A stretch of 64,000 bases of DNA from an uncultured Chloroflexia bacterium. Lineage in GTDB: Bacteria; Chloroflexota; Limnocylindria; Limnocylindrales; CSP1-4. Below are positions 52,985 through 62,989 of this stretch, one piece after another (position 1 is the stretch's first letter; each line of letters begins with the position of its first letter). Under the pieces are notes generated by a model. That model saw nothing but the letters and a program-made list of their open reading frames with translations, made no database searches and was not told the origin of the DNA. Position numbers and translations under genes: made by a program. The stretch lies in contig CAVVNQ010000018.1 in assembly GCA_963749705.1 (NCBI GenBank), positions 90,195 to 154,194 of the forward strand, given 5' to 3'.

Positions 52985-54607
52985 GTGCCGCAGCGCTACG
53001 ACGCGGTGATCATCGGCGGAGGCCACAACGGGCTCGTGTCCGCCGCCTACCTCGCGCGCGCCGGCCTCAGGACGCTCGTCCTGGAACGCCGCCACGTCCT
53101 CGGTGGCGCGGCGGTCACCGAGGAGATCGTGCCCGGCTTCCGGTTCTCGGTCGCCAGCTACGTCGTCAGCCTGCTGCGGCCCGAGATCATCCGCGACCTC
53201 GAGCTGCCGAAGCACGGCCTCGACATCCTGCCCCTCGACGGGACGTTCACGCCGCGCCACGAGGGCGAGGGCCCCAAGGCCGGCGGCGGCGACTACCTGT
53301 GGCGGGTCAACGACCATGGCCGCACGATCCGCGAGCTGCGTCGCTGGTCGAAGAGCGACGCCGAGGCGTACGAGGAGTACGGCCAGCTCATGGTCGAGAT
53401 GGCCCGCTTCATCAAGCCGATCCTGGGCATCGTGCCGCCCGATCCCACGGACATCGATCCGCGCCCGTTGATGCCGCTGGCCGGGCTCGCCCGCGGCTTC
53501 GCGAGGCTCCCCGAACGCCAGCAGGCGGTGTTCGTCCAGCTGATGACGATGTCCGCGGCCGACTTCCTCGAGCAGTGGTTCGAGACCGACCCGCTCAAGG
53601 CCACGATGTCGGCGTCCGGGATCATCGGCACCTACCAGGGCATCCGCTCGCCGGGCACCGCCTACGTCCTGCTCCACCACTACATGGGCGAGATCGACGG
53701 CGCGTTCCGGGCCTGGGGCATCCCCAAGGGCGGCACGGGTGGCGTGTCCTACTCGATCGCGCGGGCCGCCGAGGCGCTGGGCGCCGAGATCCGAACCGAG
53801 GCCACCGTCGCCCGGATCATCGTCAAGCACGGACGCGCGACCGGGGTGGCCCTCGACAGCGGCGAGGAGATCGAGGCGGCTGCGGTCCTGTCGTCGGCCG
53901 ACGCCAAGGTCACCTTCCTCGACCTGCTCGAGCCCAGCTCGCTCGACCCCGAGTTCGAGCAGGAGGTCCGCCGGTTCAAGTTCCGCGGCAGCTCGGGCAA
54001 GGTCAACCTTGCCGTGGACCGGCTGCCCGACTTCACCTGCCTGCCCGGCGAGGGCGAGCACCTGCGCGGCGCGATCAGCTTCAGCCCGTCGATGGACGAC
54101 ATGGAGCGCGCCTACGACGACGCGAAGTACGGCCACTGGAGCAACAAGCCGTACATCGACATGATCATCCCCACCCTGGTCGATCCGCAGATGGCGCCGC
54201 CCGGCAAGCACGTGATCAGCTGCTTCGTCCAGTACGCGCCGTACAAGCTGGACCCGAGCCTCGGCACCTGGGACGACAACCGCGAGGCGTTCGGCGACGC
54301 GGTGATCGACCGGATCGCGGAGTTCGCGCCCAACATCCGGGACATCATCGTCGGCCGCCAGGTCCTCACCCCGCTCGACATCGAGCGGACGATGGGGCTC
54401 ACCGAGGGCAACATCTTCCAGGGCGAGCTCAGCCTCGAGCAGCTGTTCTTCAACCGGCCCGTACCCGGCTATGCGCGGTTCCGGACCCCCATCCAGAACC
54501 TGTGGCTGTCGGGCTCGTCGACCCACCCCGGCGGCGGCCTGATGGGCGCGAACGGACGTCTGGCCGCGATCGAGGTCCTCAGGTCCCGCGGCCGGAAGGT
54601 GGCCTGA
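52985..54607 (+). CDS. Phytoene-dehydrogenase-like FAD oxidoreductase 1
   Basis: IIGGGHNGL, GGAAVTEE, SYVVSLLRP, GNIFQGEL, THPGGG; AGGAGG SD. Confidence 0.9.
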   Translation: MPQRYDAVIIGGGHNGLVSAAYLARAGLRTLVLERRHVLGGAAVTEEIVPGFRFSVASYVVSLLRPEIIRDLELPKHGLDILPLDGTFTPRHEGEGPKAGGGDYLWRVNDHGRTIRELRRWSKSDAEAYEEYGQLMVEMARFIKPILGIVPPDPTDIDPRPLMPLAGLARGFARLPERQQAVFVQLMTMSAADFLEQWFETDPLKATMSASGIIGTYQGIRSPGTAYVLLHHYMGEIDGAFRAWGIPKGGTGGVSYSIARAAEALGAEIRTEATVARIIVKHGRATGVALDSGEEIEAAAVLSSADAKVTFLDLLEPSSLDPEFEQEVRRFKFRGSSGKVNLAVDRLPDFTCLPGEGEHLRGAISFSPSMDDMERAYDDAKYGHWSNKPYIDMIIPTLVDPQMAPPGKHVISCFVQYAPYKLDPSLGTWDDNREAFGDAVIDRIAEFAPNIRDIIVGRQVLTPLDIERTMGLTEGNIFQGELSLEQLFFNRPVPGYARFRTPIQNLWLSGSSTHPGGGLMGANGRLAAIEVLRSRGRKVA

Positions 54608-54608
54608 G

Positions 54609-56223
54609 ATGGCGACGACCCACGACTACGACGCGATCGTCATCGGCGCCGGCCACAACGGCCTGACGGCCGCGGCCTATCTCGCCCGGGGCGGGCTGCG
54701 CGTGCTCGTGCTCGAGGCGCGCGAGCGCGTCGGCGGCGCCACCGTGACCGAGGAGCTGGCCCCCGGCGTCCGCGTGCCGGCGCTGGCCCACACCGTCGGC
54801 CGGCTTCGGCCGTCGGTCGCCAAGGAGCTCGAGCTGTCGCGTCACGGCCTGGCGCTGGTGGCGCCCGAGGTCCGGGTGTTCGCACCCCAGCCCGACGGCC
54901 GTGCGGTCACGCTGTGGGCGGACCTGGCGAGGACCGTGGACTCGCTGCGGACATGGTCCGAGGACGACGCGGTGTCGTTCGTCGAGTTCGACCGCCGCGT
55001 CCGAACGCTGTCCCGGTTCCTCGCCGACCTGGGCGACGAGGCGCCGCCCGATGTCCGCGCGCCCGGCCTGGGCGATGCGCTGCTCGGGTTGCGGCTGGGG
55101 CGCACGTTCCGCGGTCTCGGCAAGGCCGACGGACGGACGATCCTGCGGGTGCTCGCGATGGCGGCCGCGGACTTCGTCGCCGAGTCGTTCTCGTCCGAGG
55201 CCATCCGCGCGACGCTCGCCTGGCGCGGCGTCCGCTACACCGCGATGGGTCCGTGGTCCGCCGGGACGACGCACGTGCTGCTCGCCGATGCCGCGGGCAA
55301 CGACAGCGGCGCCGCGGGCGAGACAGTGTTTGCTCGAGGCGGCCCGTCGGCCCTCGCCGAGGCGCTTGCATCGGCCGCGCGCGAGGCCGGCGCCGAGATC
55401 CGGACCGAGGCGCGGGTCGTCGCCGTGACCACCGATGACGGCGCGGTCACCGGTGTCGCGCTCGCCTCGGGCGAGGAGATCACGGCCCCGGCGGTCGTGT
55501 CCGGCCTGGACCCGCAGCAGCTCCTCACCAGGCTCGTGGACCCGGTGACGCTGGGCCCCGCGCTCCGCTGGCGGGCGACGAACATCCGGACCCCCGGCCG
55601 GCTGGCCAAGGTCAACCTCGTGCTCGACGGCCTGCCGGACGTTCCCGCGGCGGGCGGCGACGCGCGGCTGCTCCGCGGGCGGATCCAGGTCGGCACGACC
55701 TCGATCGACGACGTCGAGCGAGCGTTCGACCCGTCGAAGTACGGACGGCTGCCGACATCGCCGGTGCTCGAGGCGACGATCCCGTCGCTGGTGGATCCGT
55801 CGCTCGTCGCCGATGCGCCCGACGGCACGCAGGTCATGAGCGTGCTCGCCCAGTGGATCCCGCCCATGCCCGATGGCGCCGATCCCGCGGCCTGGCGGGA
55901 CGAGATCGGGGATCTCGCGATCGCGGCGCTCGAGACGGTCGCACCGGGGATCGGCAGCCGGGTCACCGCCCGCCACATCCTGGCGCCGGAGGACCTCGAG
56001 GCCGAGTACGGCCTGAGCGGCGGCCACCCGCTGCACGCGGAGCCCGCCCTCGATTCGTTCTTCCTGTGGCGGCCGCTGCTGGGCTGGGCGCGCTACCGGA
56101 TGCCGGTCGACGGGTTGTACCTGGCCGGGTCGGGTGCGCATCCGGGTGGCGGCGTGACCGGGGCCCCGGGGCGCAACGCCGCGCGCGAGGTGCTGGCAGA
56201 CCGGAAGCGCCGGCGTGTCGTAA
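54609..56223 (+). CDS. Phytoene-dehydrogenase-like FAD oxidoreductase 2
   Basis: VIGAGHNGL, GGATVTEE, GAHPGGGVTGAPGRNAA; ORF runs to 56486 but the probable true stop is TAA 56221-56223. Confidence 0.85.
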
Positions 56224-56242
56224 GCGCCGCGCACCGGAGCTG

Positions 56243-57292
56243 CTACCGGCGCTCGATCCGGGTCTCCTCCGCGAGGCGCGCCTCCTCGATCGCGCCGGCC
56301 GGTGACACCGGCACGGCCGACGCGCGCTCCTCGAGCGACCAGTTCCACGTCTGGAGCTGGCGCATCAGCCGCCGTCCGGTGAGGTCGAGGTGGATCGGCG
56401 TGACCGAGATCCTGCGATTGACCACGGCGTTGAAGTCGGTGCCCGGGACGCTGATCCCGGACGGTGGCGGGCCGCCGATCCAGTAGTAGGGGATGCCGCG
56501 CGGATCGACCCGCCGGATCAGCTCGTCCTGGTACACGCGGCGGCCGACCCTCGTGATCTCGAGGCCCTCGCAATCCTCGATCGAGGTCGCCGGGACGTTG
56601 ACGCTGAGCAGCTCGCCCCGCTTGAGCCCGTGCTCGAGGATGTTGCGTGCGACCACGGCCGCGGCCACCGCCGCCAGCGCGAAATCGACCTCCTCGTAGT
56701 ACTCCTGCGAGATCGCGAACGACGGGCAGCTGTTGATCACCCCCTCCATCGCCGCAGACACGGTCCCGGAGTAGGTGATGTCGTCGCCCAGGTTGGCGCC
56801 GTAGTTGATGCCGGATGCCACGAGGTCGAAGCGCTCGTCGAAGAAGCCGAGGAACGCGAGGCTGACACAGTCGGTGGGGGAGCCGTCCAGCGAGTAGCCG
56901 GACGAGCCGTCGGCAAGGGTTCGTTCCCGGACGCGGAGCGGGCGCATCAGCGTCTTCTGGTGCCCGACCGCCGACTGGTTCGTGTCGGGGGCAACGACGG
57001 TGACGTCGCCGATGGGATCGAGCGCCCGTTTGAGCGCGAGCAGGCCCCGCGATTCGATGCCGTCGTCGTTGGTGACCAGGATCCTCGGACGGGTCGTCCA
57101 GTCGCCCAGCGGCCGCCCGACCCGCTTGAGCGTCCGGCGCCCACCGCGGGTGCCCGCGACGGGCTCGCCACGCTCCATGTCCAGGTTGCGGCGCTCGGTT
57201 CGCGCGCGTTCCCGGGTCATGTCCGGCGGCGCGGCGTCCGGTGCGGTGTCGTTGCCGCCGCCGGTGGCGTCGCGCCCGGTCCGCTCGCTCAC
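56243..57292 (-). CDS. surE: 5'/3'-nucleotidase SurE
   Basis: ILVTNDDG, VAPDTNQS, GSPTDCV, SGINYGANLG, YSGTVSAA, SVTPI. Confidence 0.92.
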   Translation of the reverse strand: MSERTGRDATGGGNDTAPDAAPPDMTRERARTERRNLDMERGEPVAGTRGGRRTLKRVGRPLGDWTTRPRILVTNDDGIESRGLLALKRALDPIGDVTVVAPDTNQSAVGHQKTLMRPLRVRERTLADGSSGYSLDGSPTDCVSLAFLGFFDERFDLVASGINYGANLGDDITYSGTVSAAMEGVINSCPSFAISQEYYEEVDFALAAVAAAVVARNILEHGLKRGELLSVNVPATSIEDCEGLEITRVGRRVYQDELIRRVDPRGIPYYWIGGPPPSGISVPGTDFNAVVNRRISVTPIHLDLTGRRLMRQLQTWNWSLEERASAVPVSPAGAIEEARLAEETRIERR

Positions 57293-58510
57293 GGCTGCAC
57301 GTCCGCATCCAGGACCGGGTGCTCGGGCGTGACCTCCGCCATGTCCGCGTCTATCGCCCGGAACCGGTTCGCGCGGCCGGCGCACCTCGCGCCCCTCCCG
57401 CGCCGCGAGCCGGCGCGCAGCCCGATCCGCGACCGTTCCGCCCTCGCGCGTTCGGCCGAACCAGTGGAAGAAGAACGCGGACAGGACCGCGGCGATCGGG
57501 ATGCCGAAGATGGCCCCGACGATCCCGGCGACCTTGGAGCCGATGACGACGGAGCCCAGGACCACGATCGGATGAATGCCGACGGAGTCGGACATCATGC
57601 GCGGCTGGAGGACGTTCATCGTCACGAACCAGGCGATGCCCATCAGCACCAGCACCGGCAGCGCGGCGTCGGGGCTGAGCAGGAGCGCGACCGCGACCGG
57701 CGGTGTCCAGGACACGAACGGGCCGAAGAACGGGATCATCTGCAGCACGCCCGCGATGACCGTGGTCGCCGCCGCGTACTGCAACCCGAACGCCATGTTC
57801 ACGAATGCGGTGAACACGCCGAACACCAGGCCCATGATCACCTGGCCGCGCAGGAAGCCGCCAAACGATCGCGAGACGCTGACCTGGAGCAGGTGCGCCT
57901 CGGGGGCGAGGCTCGGGGGCACGACACGGAACAGGAACGCGAGGATCGCCTCGCGGTCGATCGCGATGTACACCGACAGGATCACCAGGATCAGGATGTT
58001 GCCCAGCACGCCGATGCTCGCGAACGCCAGCGACTGCAACGGTCCGACGAGCTCGCCCGCCCATTGCTGGAGATTGGCCACGATGATCGGCGCCTGGCCC
58101 ACGAGATCGACCTGGAAGCCGAACGCGGCCAGCCGATCCTGGAGCCCGGCCAGCACATTGCGCAGCTGGTCCTGGAGCTGGGGTGCGTCGCGGATGAACT
58201 GCCCGATCGAGGCGGCCAGGCTGGCCGAGGCCTGGACGATCACGGCCAGGAACACCCCCACGATCGTGACGTAGACGACGATCACCGCGACGGCCGGCGG
58301 GAGCCCAGGCATCACCTTCGCGATCCCCGTGTACAGCGGCGTCAGCGCGAACGACAGCAGCCACGCGAGGAAGAACAGCAGGACGATGTCGCCGAACGCG
58401 TAGATCACCCCGGCCACGTAGCCGAGCACGACGAACGCGAGCGTGATCACCGCCAGGATCAGGACGGCATTGACGAGGCGCTGCTGGCGCTCCGTCAGCT
58501 CGATGGGCAT
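57289..58510 (-). CDS. AI-2E family transporter
   Basis: FGGFLRGQ, IPFFGP, LQPRMM..VGIHP..GIVGAIFGIP; reads into surE through a probable indel near 57357. Confidence 0.85.
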
Positions 58511-58614
58511 GACGTCAGCCTACGACGCCCGGCTCTCCGCCGGAAGCCCGGAGTCGCAAGGCTCCTGATCGGCGGCGGCGCTCAAGCCGGGTTCTCGGCG
58601 CCGATGCGGACCGT

Positions 58615-58895
58615 CGCCTGTGGCGCCACGAAATCGCCCTGCCGCGCGGACAGCCGCCGCTCTCGGCCGCGGCCCGCGGTCCGTGGCGCCACGACATCGC
58701 CCTGCCGCGCAGGCCGACACCCGTGGTCGCGGAATCGTTGCCCGTGGCGCCACGACATCGCCCCGTCGGATTGGTGCCGGCCAACGACGACACGGGCATG
58801 GGCGATTCCGTGGCCTCAGGCGCCACGCTCGGCGGCAAGCCGGGACGACCGGACGTCGCCAGCGCGATCCCGTGGCCTCAGGCGCCGCGCTCGGC
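58615..58895. repeat. REP-like palindromic repeat cluster, ~62-bp period
   Basis: GTGGCGCCACGA(C/A)ATCGCCC at 58620, 58683, 58744; related inverted GCGAT(T/C)CCGTGGCCTCAGGCGCC at 58802 and 58864. Confidence 0.75.
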
Positions 58896-59044
58896 GACCA
58901 GGGCGACCAGTGTGGCCAACGCGACCAGCGCGACCGGGGGCAACGTCGCTCCGGAAACCTGGTCGCGGCGCTCCGCTCGCAGACGATGCCGCGCCCCCGG
59001 CGAACTGCCGGTCAGCGCCGGCGCCCCCGGTTGGCCGGCCACCC

Positions 59045-59509
59045 TCAGACCAGGCTGATCTCGTCGCCGACGGCGATCTCCCCGTCCTCGAGGATGTCGG
59101 CACGCAGCCCGGCCCGGTGCGCGAGCGCGGCCAGGATCGGGCGGCCGACGAGGCCCTCGAGGTAGGTGCACGGTTCCGCGAGCTTGACCCCGCGGCAGCG
59201 TACCCGCCCGATGCGGAACTCGCGTCCCACCAGGCCGTCGAGGTCGGCGCCGCGGACCGTGACGTTCCGACGGGTGAGCGCCGGCGTCATGTCCAGTCCC
59301 GGGTTCTCCTTGTTGGCCTTCTCGATCGAGTCCGCCGACACCAATGTCAGGCCCTTGCCCGGGCCGGCCGGGGCTGATCCATCAACGGACACGACGTGGT
59401 ACCGATCGCCCTCCAGGCCACCGCCCGCGTGCGCGGCGACGCGCCACACGGTCTCCATCGGGGCGCCCTCGGCAGGCGCGATCCGGATTGCCTCGACGCG
59501 ACCCGCCAT
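59045..59509 (-). CDS. MOSC domain protein
   Basis: GLEGDRY, TRRNV, AEPC, GLRADILEDGEIAVGD. Confidence 0.88.
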   Translation of the reverse strand: MAGRVEAIRIAPAEGAPMETVWRVAAHAGGGLEGDRYHVVSVDGSAPAGPGKGLTLVSADSIEKANKENPGLDMTPALTRRNVTVRGADLDGLVGREFRIGRVRCRGVKLAEPCTYLEGLVGRPILAALAHRAGLRADILEDGEIAVGDEISLV

Positions 59510-59510
59510 G

Positions 59511-60530
59511 TCAGCGCAACCCCATTCGCTCGCGAACCTCGGCCATCGTGGCCTCGGCCAGTGGGCGCAGCCGGTCCGCGCCGCTCTCCAGGATCCCGTC
59601 GACCTCGGCCGGGCTGGCCATCAGCTCGAGGTAGCGCTCGCGAGCACCCGCATACCGGCGGACGATCCGCTCGGCGAGCAGCTTCTTGGTATCGACGCAG
59701 CCGGTCCGCGCGGTCCGCTCGCCGTCCCAGACCTCCTCGTAGTCGTCGCCGAAGAACCGGTGGAGCTGGCACACGTTGCACACCTCGGGTCGGCCGGGGT
59801 CGGTGCGCAGGATCCGCTGGGTGTCGGTGACCATCGACATGACCTGGCGCCGGACCGTCTCCGCGTCGGCAAAGATGTCGATCGTGTTCCCGACCGACTT
59901 GCTCATCTTCCGCACCCCGTCCGTGCCCAGGACGACGGGCGCCTCGGTGTGGACGGCCTGCGGCTCAGGAAACGTCTTTCCGAACCGGGCGTTGAAGGCC
60001 CGGACGATCTCGCGGGTGAGCTCGAGGTGGGCGGCCTGGTCCTTGCCGACCGGAACGACCGTCGCCTTGTACAGGACGATGTCGGCCGCCATCAGCGCCG
60101 GATACGTGAGCAGCCCGTGGTTGACGTCGTCGGGCTGGTTCTGGCGCTTCTCCTTGTAGGTCGGGGTTCGCTCCAGCCAGCTCACCGGCGTGACCGTCAT
60201 CAGCAGCCAGGCGAGCTCGGTGACCTCGGGCCGATGGCTCTGCACGAACAGTGTGCACAGCTCCGGATCGAGACCCAGGGCGAGCAGGCTCGCGGCCATC
60301 TCGCGCGTGCGCCGGCGCATGAGCTCCGCATCGTGGGTGCTGGTGAGCGCGTGGTAGTCGACGATGCAGTAGATCGCCTCGTACTCGTGCTGGAGCATCA
60401 CGTAGTTGCGGATCGCCCCCAGGTCGTTGCCCAGGTGGACGATGCCGGACGGCTGGATGCCCGAGAAGATGCGCGGGCGCGCGGCGGGATCAGCCGCGGG
60501 CGCGGGCGATGGAGCGAGCTCGATGGTCAT
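59511..60530 (-). CDS. trpS: Tryptophan--tRNA ligase
   Basis: SGIQPSGIVHLGN, YPALMAADI, VPVGKDQ, KMSKS. Confidence 0.97.
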   Translation of the reverse strand: MTIELAPSPAPAADPAARPRIFSGIQPSGIVHLGNDLGAIRNYVMLQHEYEAIYCIVDYHALTSTHDAELMRRRTREMAASLLALGLDPELCTLFVQSHRPEVTELAWLLMTVTPVSWLERTPTYKEKRQNQPDDVNHGLLTYPALMAADIVLYKATVVPVGKDQAAHLELTREIVRAFNARFGKTFPEPQAVHTEAPVVLGTDGVRKMSKSVGNTIDIFADAETVRRQVMSMVTDTQRILRTDPGRPEVCNVCQLHRFFGDDYEEVWDGERTARTGCVDTKKLLAERIVRRYAGARERYLELMASPAEVDGILESGADRLRPLAEATMAEVRERMGLR

Positions 60531-60766
60531 TGCGGGCGAGTGTAGCGGAGCGCCGATGCCCATCGGGCCGCTCGACGAGCGGCCAGCCCGCCGGGCGGTC
60601 CGCGGTTCCCCCGGTCGCACCGCCCGTTCCGCCGCCAGTCCGCCGCTTGCATCGCGCTCGCCGCGCTCGGGACGATACGATGCGCCCCGATGCCCAACCT
60701 GCTGATCCCCGCGCCTGCAACGCCGTCGCTCCACGCCCACCCGCCCGCTCCCGGCAGCCAGCGGTC

Positions 60767-61888
60767 GTGAACGTCGCCCCCGTCCGCGTCGGCGTGATCG
60801 GCGCCGGGACCGTCGGCCGCGAGGTCATCCGCGCCCTGCTCCAGCCATCGCCGCGCCTGGCGCCCTCCGATGGTGCGCCGCTCGTGCTCGCGGGGGTGGC
60901 CGTGCGAGACGTCCCGAAGGCGGTTGCCGCGGGGATCCCGGAGGCGCTGCTGACCGACGCGCCGGCCCACCTCGTCGCGAGCCCCGAGATCGACGTGCTG
61001 GTGGAGCTGATGGGTGGCGCCGAGCCGGCCCGGACGCTCGTCCACGCCGCGCTGGCGAACGGGCGGCCCGTGGTCACCGCCAACAAGCACCTGGTCGCGC
61101 ACCACGGCCCGGAGCTTGAGCAGGCGGCGCGGGCGTCCGGCGCGTCGTTCCGCTTCGAGGCGGCCGTCGGGGGCGGCATCCCCGTGCTCGGACCGCTCGC
61201 GCTCGACCTGTCCGCGAACCGGATCGCGCGCGTTCGCGGGATCGTCAATGGCACGACCAACTTGATCCTGACCGCGATGGCGCGCGAGGGCCGGGACTAC
61301 GAATCGGTGCTTGCCGACGCCCAGGCGCGGGGCTATGCCGAGGCGGATCCCACCGCCGATGTCGAAGGCCTCGATGCGGTCAACAAGCTCGTCATCCTCG
61401 CCCGCCTAGCGTTTGGCGCATGGATCGCGCCCGACGCGATCGACGGCCGGCCGGGGACCACCACCGGCGCCGCCGGCCAGCCCGGGATCACGGGCGTCAC
61501 CGCGGACGACGTCGCGGCGCTGGCCGCCGAGGGCCGGATCGTCCGCCTGATCGCGACCGCCCGCGTGGCCGATGACGGCGCCCTCGAGGCATCGGTCGTG
61601 CCCAGCGCGGTGCCCTCCGACTCGCCGTTCGGGCGCTGTGACGGCGTGCTCAACCGGATCGAGGTCGATGCGGCGCCCGTTGGCCGGGTCGCGTTCGAGG
61701 GTCCCGGCGCCGGCGGCCCGGCGACCGCGTCCGCGGTGCTGGGCGACCTGGTCGCGATCGCCCGCGGCCTCGGATCGACGTGGGCCGGGTTGCCCCCGGC
61801 GACCGAGTGGACGGGGATCCCCGTGCGACCATTGGCCGGAGAATGCGTCGCCGCGCCGTCGGGCGCCTGCTACCCCGTGTCAGATTGA
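60767..61888 (+). CDS. hom: Homoserine dehydrogenase
   Basis: [43 protein letters not shown]; start uncertain. Confidence 0.92.
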   Translation: MNVAPVRVGVIGAGTVGREVIRALLQPSPRLAPSDGAPLVLAGVAVRDVPKAVAAGIPEALLTDAPAHLVASPEIDVLVELMGGAEPARTLVHAALANGRPVVTANKHLVAHHGPELEQAARASGASFRFEAAVGGGIPVLGPLALDLSANRIARVRGIVNGTTNLILTAMAREGRDYESVLADAQARGYAEADPTADVEGLDAVNKLVILARLAFGAWIAPDAIDGRPGTTTGAAGQPGITGVTADDVAALAAEGRIVRLIATARVADDGALEASVVPSAVPSDSPFGRCDGVLNRIEVDAAPVGRVAFEGPGAGGPATASAVLGDLVAIARGLGSTWAGLPPATEWTGIPVRPLAGECVAAPSGACYPVSD

Positions 61889-61893
61889 GGCCG

Positions 61894-62979
61894 ATGGACA
61901 TGCCGTCAGCGCCCGCCGCCCGCCCGCGACTCGTCGACCGCTACCGATCGTTCCTGCCGGTCACCGACGCGACGCCGGTGGTCTCGCTGGGCGAGGGCGC
62001 AACCCCGCTGGTCCACGCGAAGCGCCTCGGCGCGTCGCTCGGGCTGCGCAACCTCCACCTCAAGATCGAGGGCCAGAACCCGACCGGGAGCTTCAAGGAC
62101 CGGGGCATGGTCCTGGCCGTCGCCAAGGCGCTCGAGGCCGGGGCTGGGAGCGTGATCTGCGCGTCCACCGGCAACACCTCGGCATCGGCCGCCGCCTACG
62201 CCGCCGCCGCCGGGCTCGAGTGCGTGGTCGTGCTGCCGGCCGGCAAGATCGCGGTCGGCAAGCTGCTCCAGGCCATGGTGTTCGGCGCCCGCGTGATCTC
62301 GGTCAGCGGCAACTTCGACGAGGCGCTGCGCGTCGTCCGGGCGCTGTCCGAGCAGGACGACCACCCGGTCACGCTCGTCAACTCCGTGAACCCGTTCCGG
62401 CTCGAGGGCCAGAAGACGGCGGCGTTCGAGGTCGTCGACGACCTGGGCCGCGCACCCGACGTGCTCGCGATCCCGGTGGGCAACGCGGGCAACATCAGCG
62501 CCTACTGGCGGGGGTTCCGCGAGTACCGCGATGCGGGGCTGGCGACGTCCGTGCCGCAGATGTGGGGGTTCCAGGCCGCGGGCGCCGCGCCGCTCGTCGC
62601 CGGGCATCCGATCGAGCACCCCGAGACCGTCGCCACCGCCATCCGCATCGGCAACCCGGCGTCGTGGACGCTGGCGACCGACGCGCGCGACGCCTCCGGT
62701 GGCCGGATCGACGCCGTGTCCGACGACGAGATCCTGGCGGCCCACCGCGAGCTCGCCCGGCTCGAGGGCGTGTTCTGCGAGCCGTCATCGGCCGCCTCGG
62801 TCGCCGGCGTCACGAACGCGGCCCGGCGCGGTGAGCTCGACCCGGACGCCACCATCGTGTGCGTGCTCACCGGCAACGGGCTCAAGGATCCGACGACCGC
62901 CGAGGCGGGGCTGACGGTCGAGGTCGTCGAGGCGGAGCCGACCGTCATCGGCGTGGGCCGCGCGCTGGGCTGGCTCTGA
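61894..62979 (+). CDS. thrC: Threonine synthase
   Basis: [37 protein letters not shown]. Confidence 0.96.
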   Translation: MDMPSAPAARPRLVDRYRSFLPVTDATPVVSLGEGATPLVHAKRLGASLGLRNLHLKIEGQNPTGSFKDRGMVLAVAKALEAGAGSVICASTGNTSASAAAYAAAAGLECVVVLPAGKIAVGKLLQAMVFGARVISVSGNFDEALRVVRALSEQDDHPVTLVNSVNPFRLEGQKTAAFEVVDDLGRAPDVLAIPVGNAGNISAYWRGFREYRDAGLATSVPQMWGFQAAGAAPLVAGHPIEHPETVATAIRIGNPASWTLATDARDASGGRIDAVSDDEILAAHRELARLEGVFCEPSSAASVAGVTNAARRGELDPDATIVCVLTGNGLKDPTTAEAGLTVEVVEAEPTVIGVGRALGWL

Positions 62980-62989
62980 GGTGGCACCG

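Noticed and set aside
52985-56223. Carotenoid biosynthesis (crtI) assignment
   Set aside because: No crtB/crtE/crtY nearby; the context favours the uncharacterised PDH-like oxidoreductase group
56224-56486. C-terminal extension of PDH-like protein 2 overlapping surE by 244 bp
   Set aside because: The family ends near GRNAAREVL and an out-of-frame TAA lies at 56221; probably an indel
58615-58895. CRISPR array
   Set aside because: Repeats are degenerate and change orientation, spacers resemble each other, and there is no leader or cas gene; kept as a REP-like repeat
60531-60680. T-box or attenuator for trpS or the thr operon
   Set aside because: No T-box consensus or Trp/Thr-rich leader peptide; trpS appears leaderless
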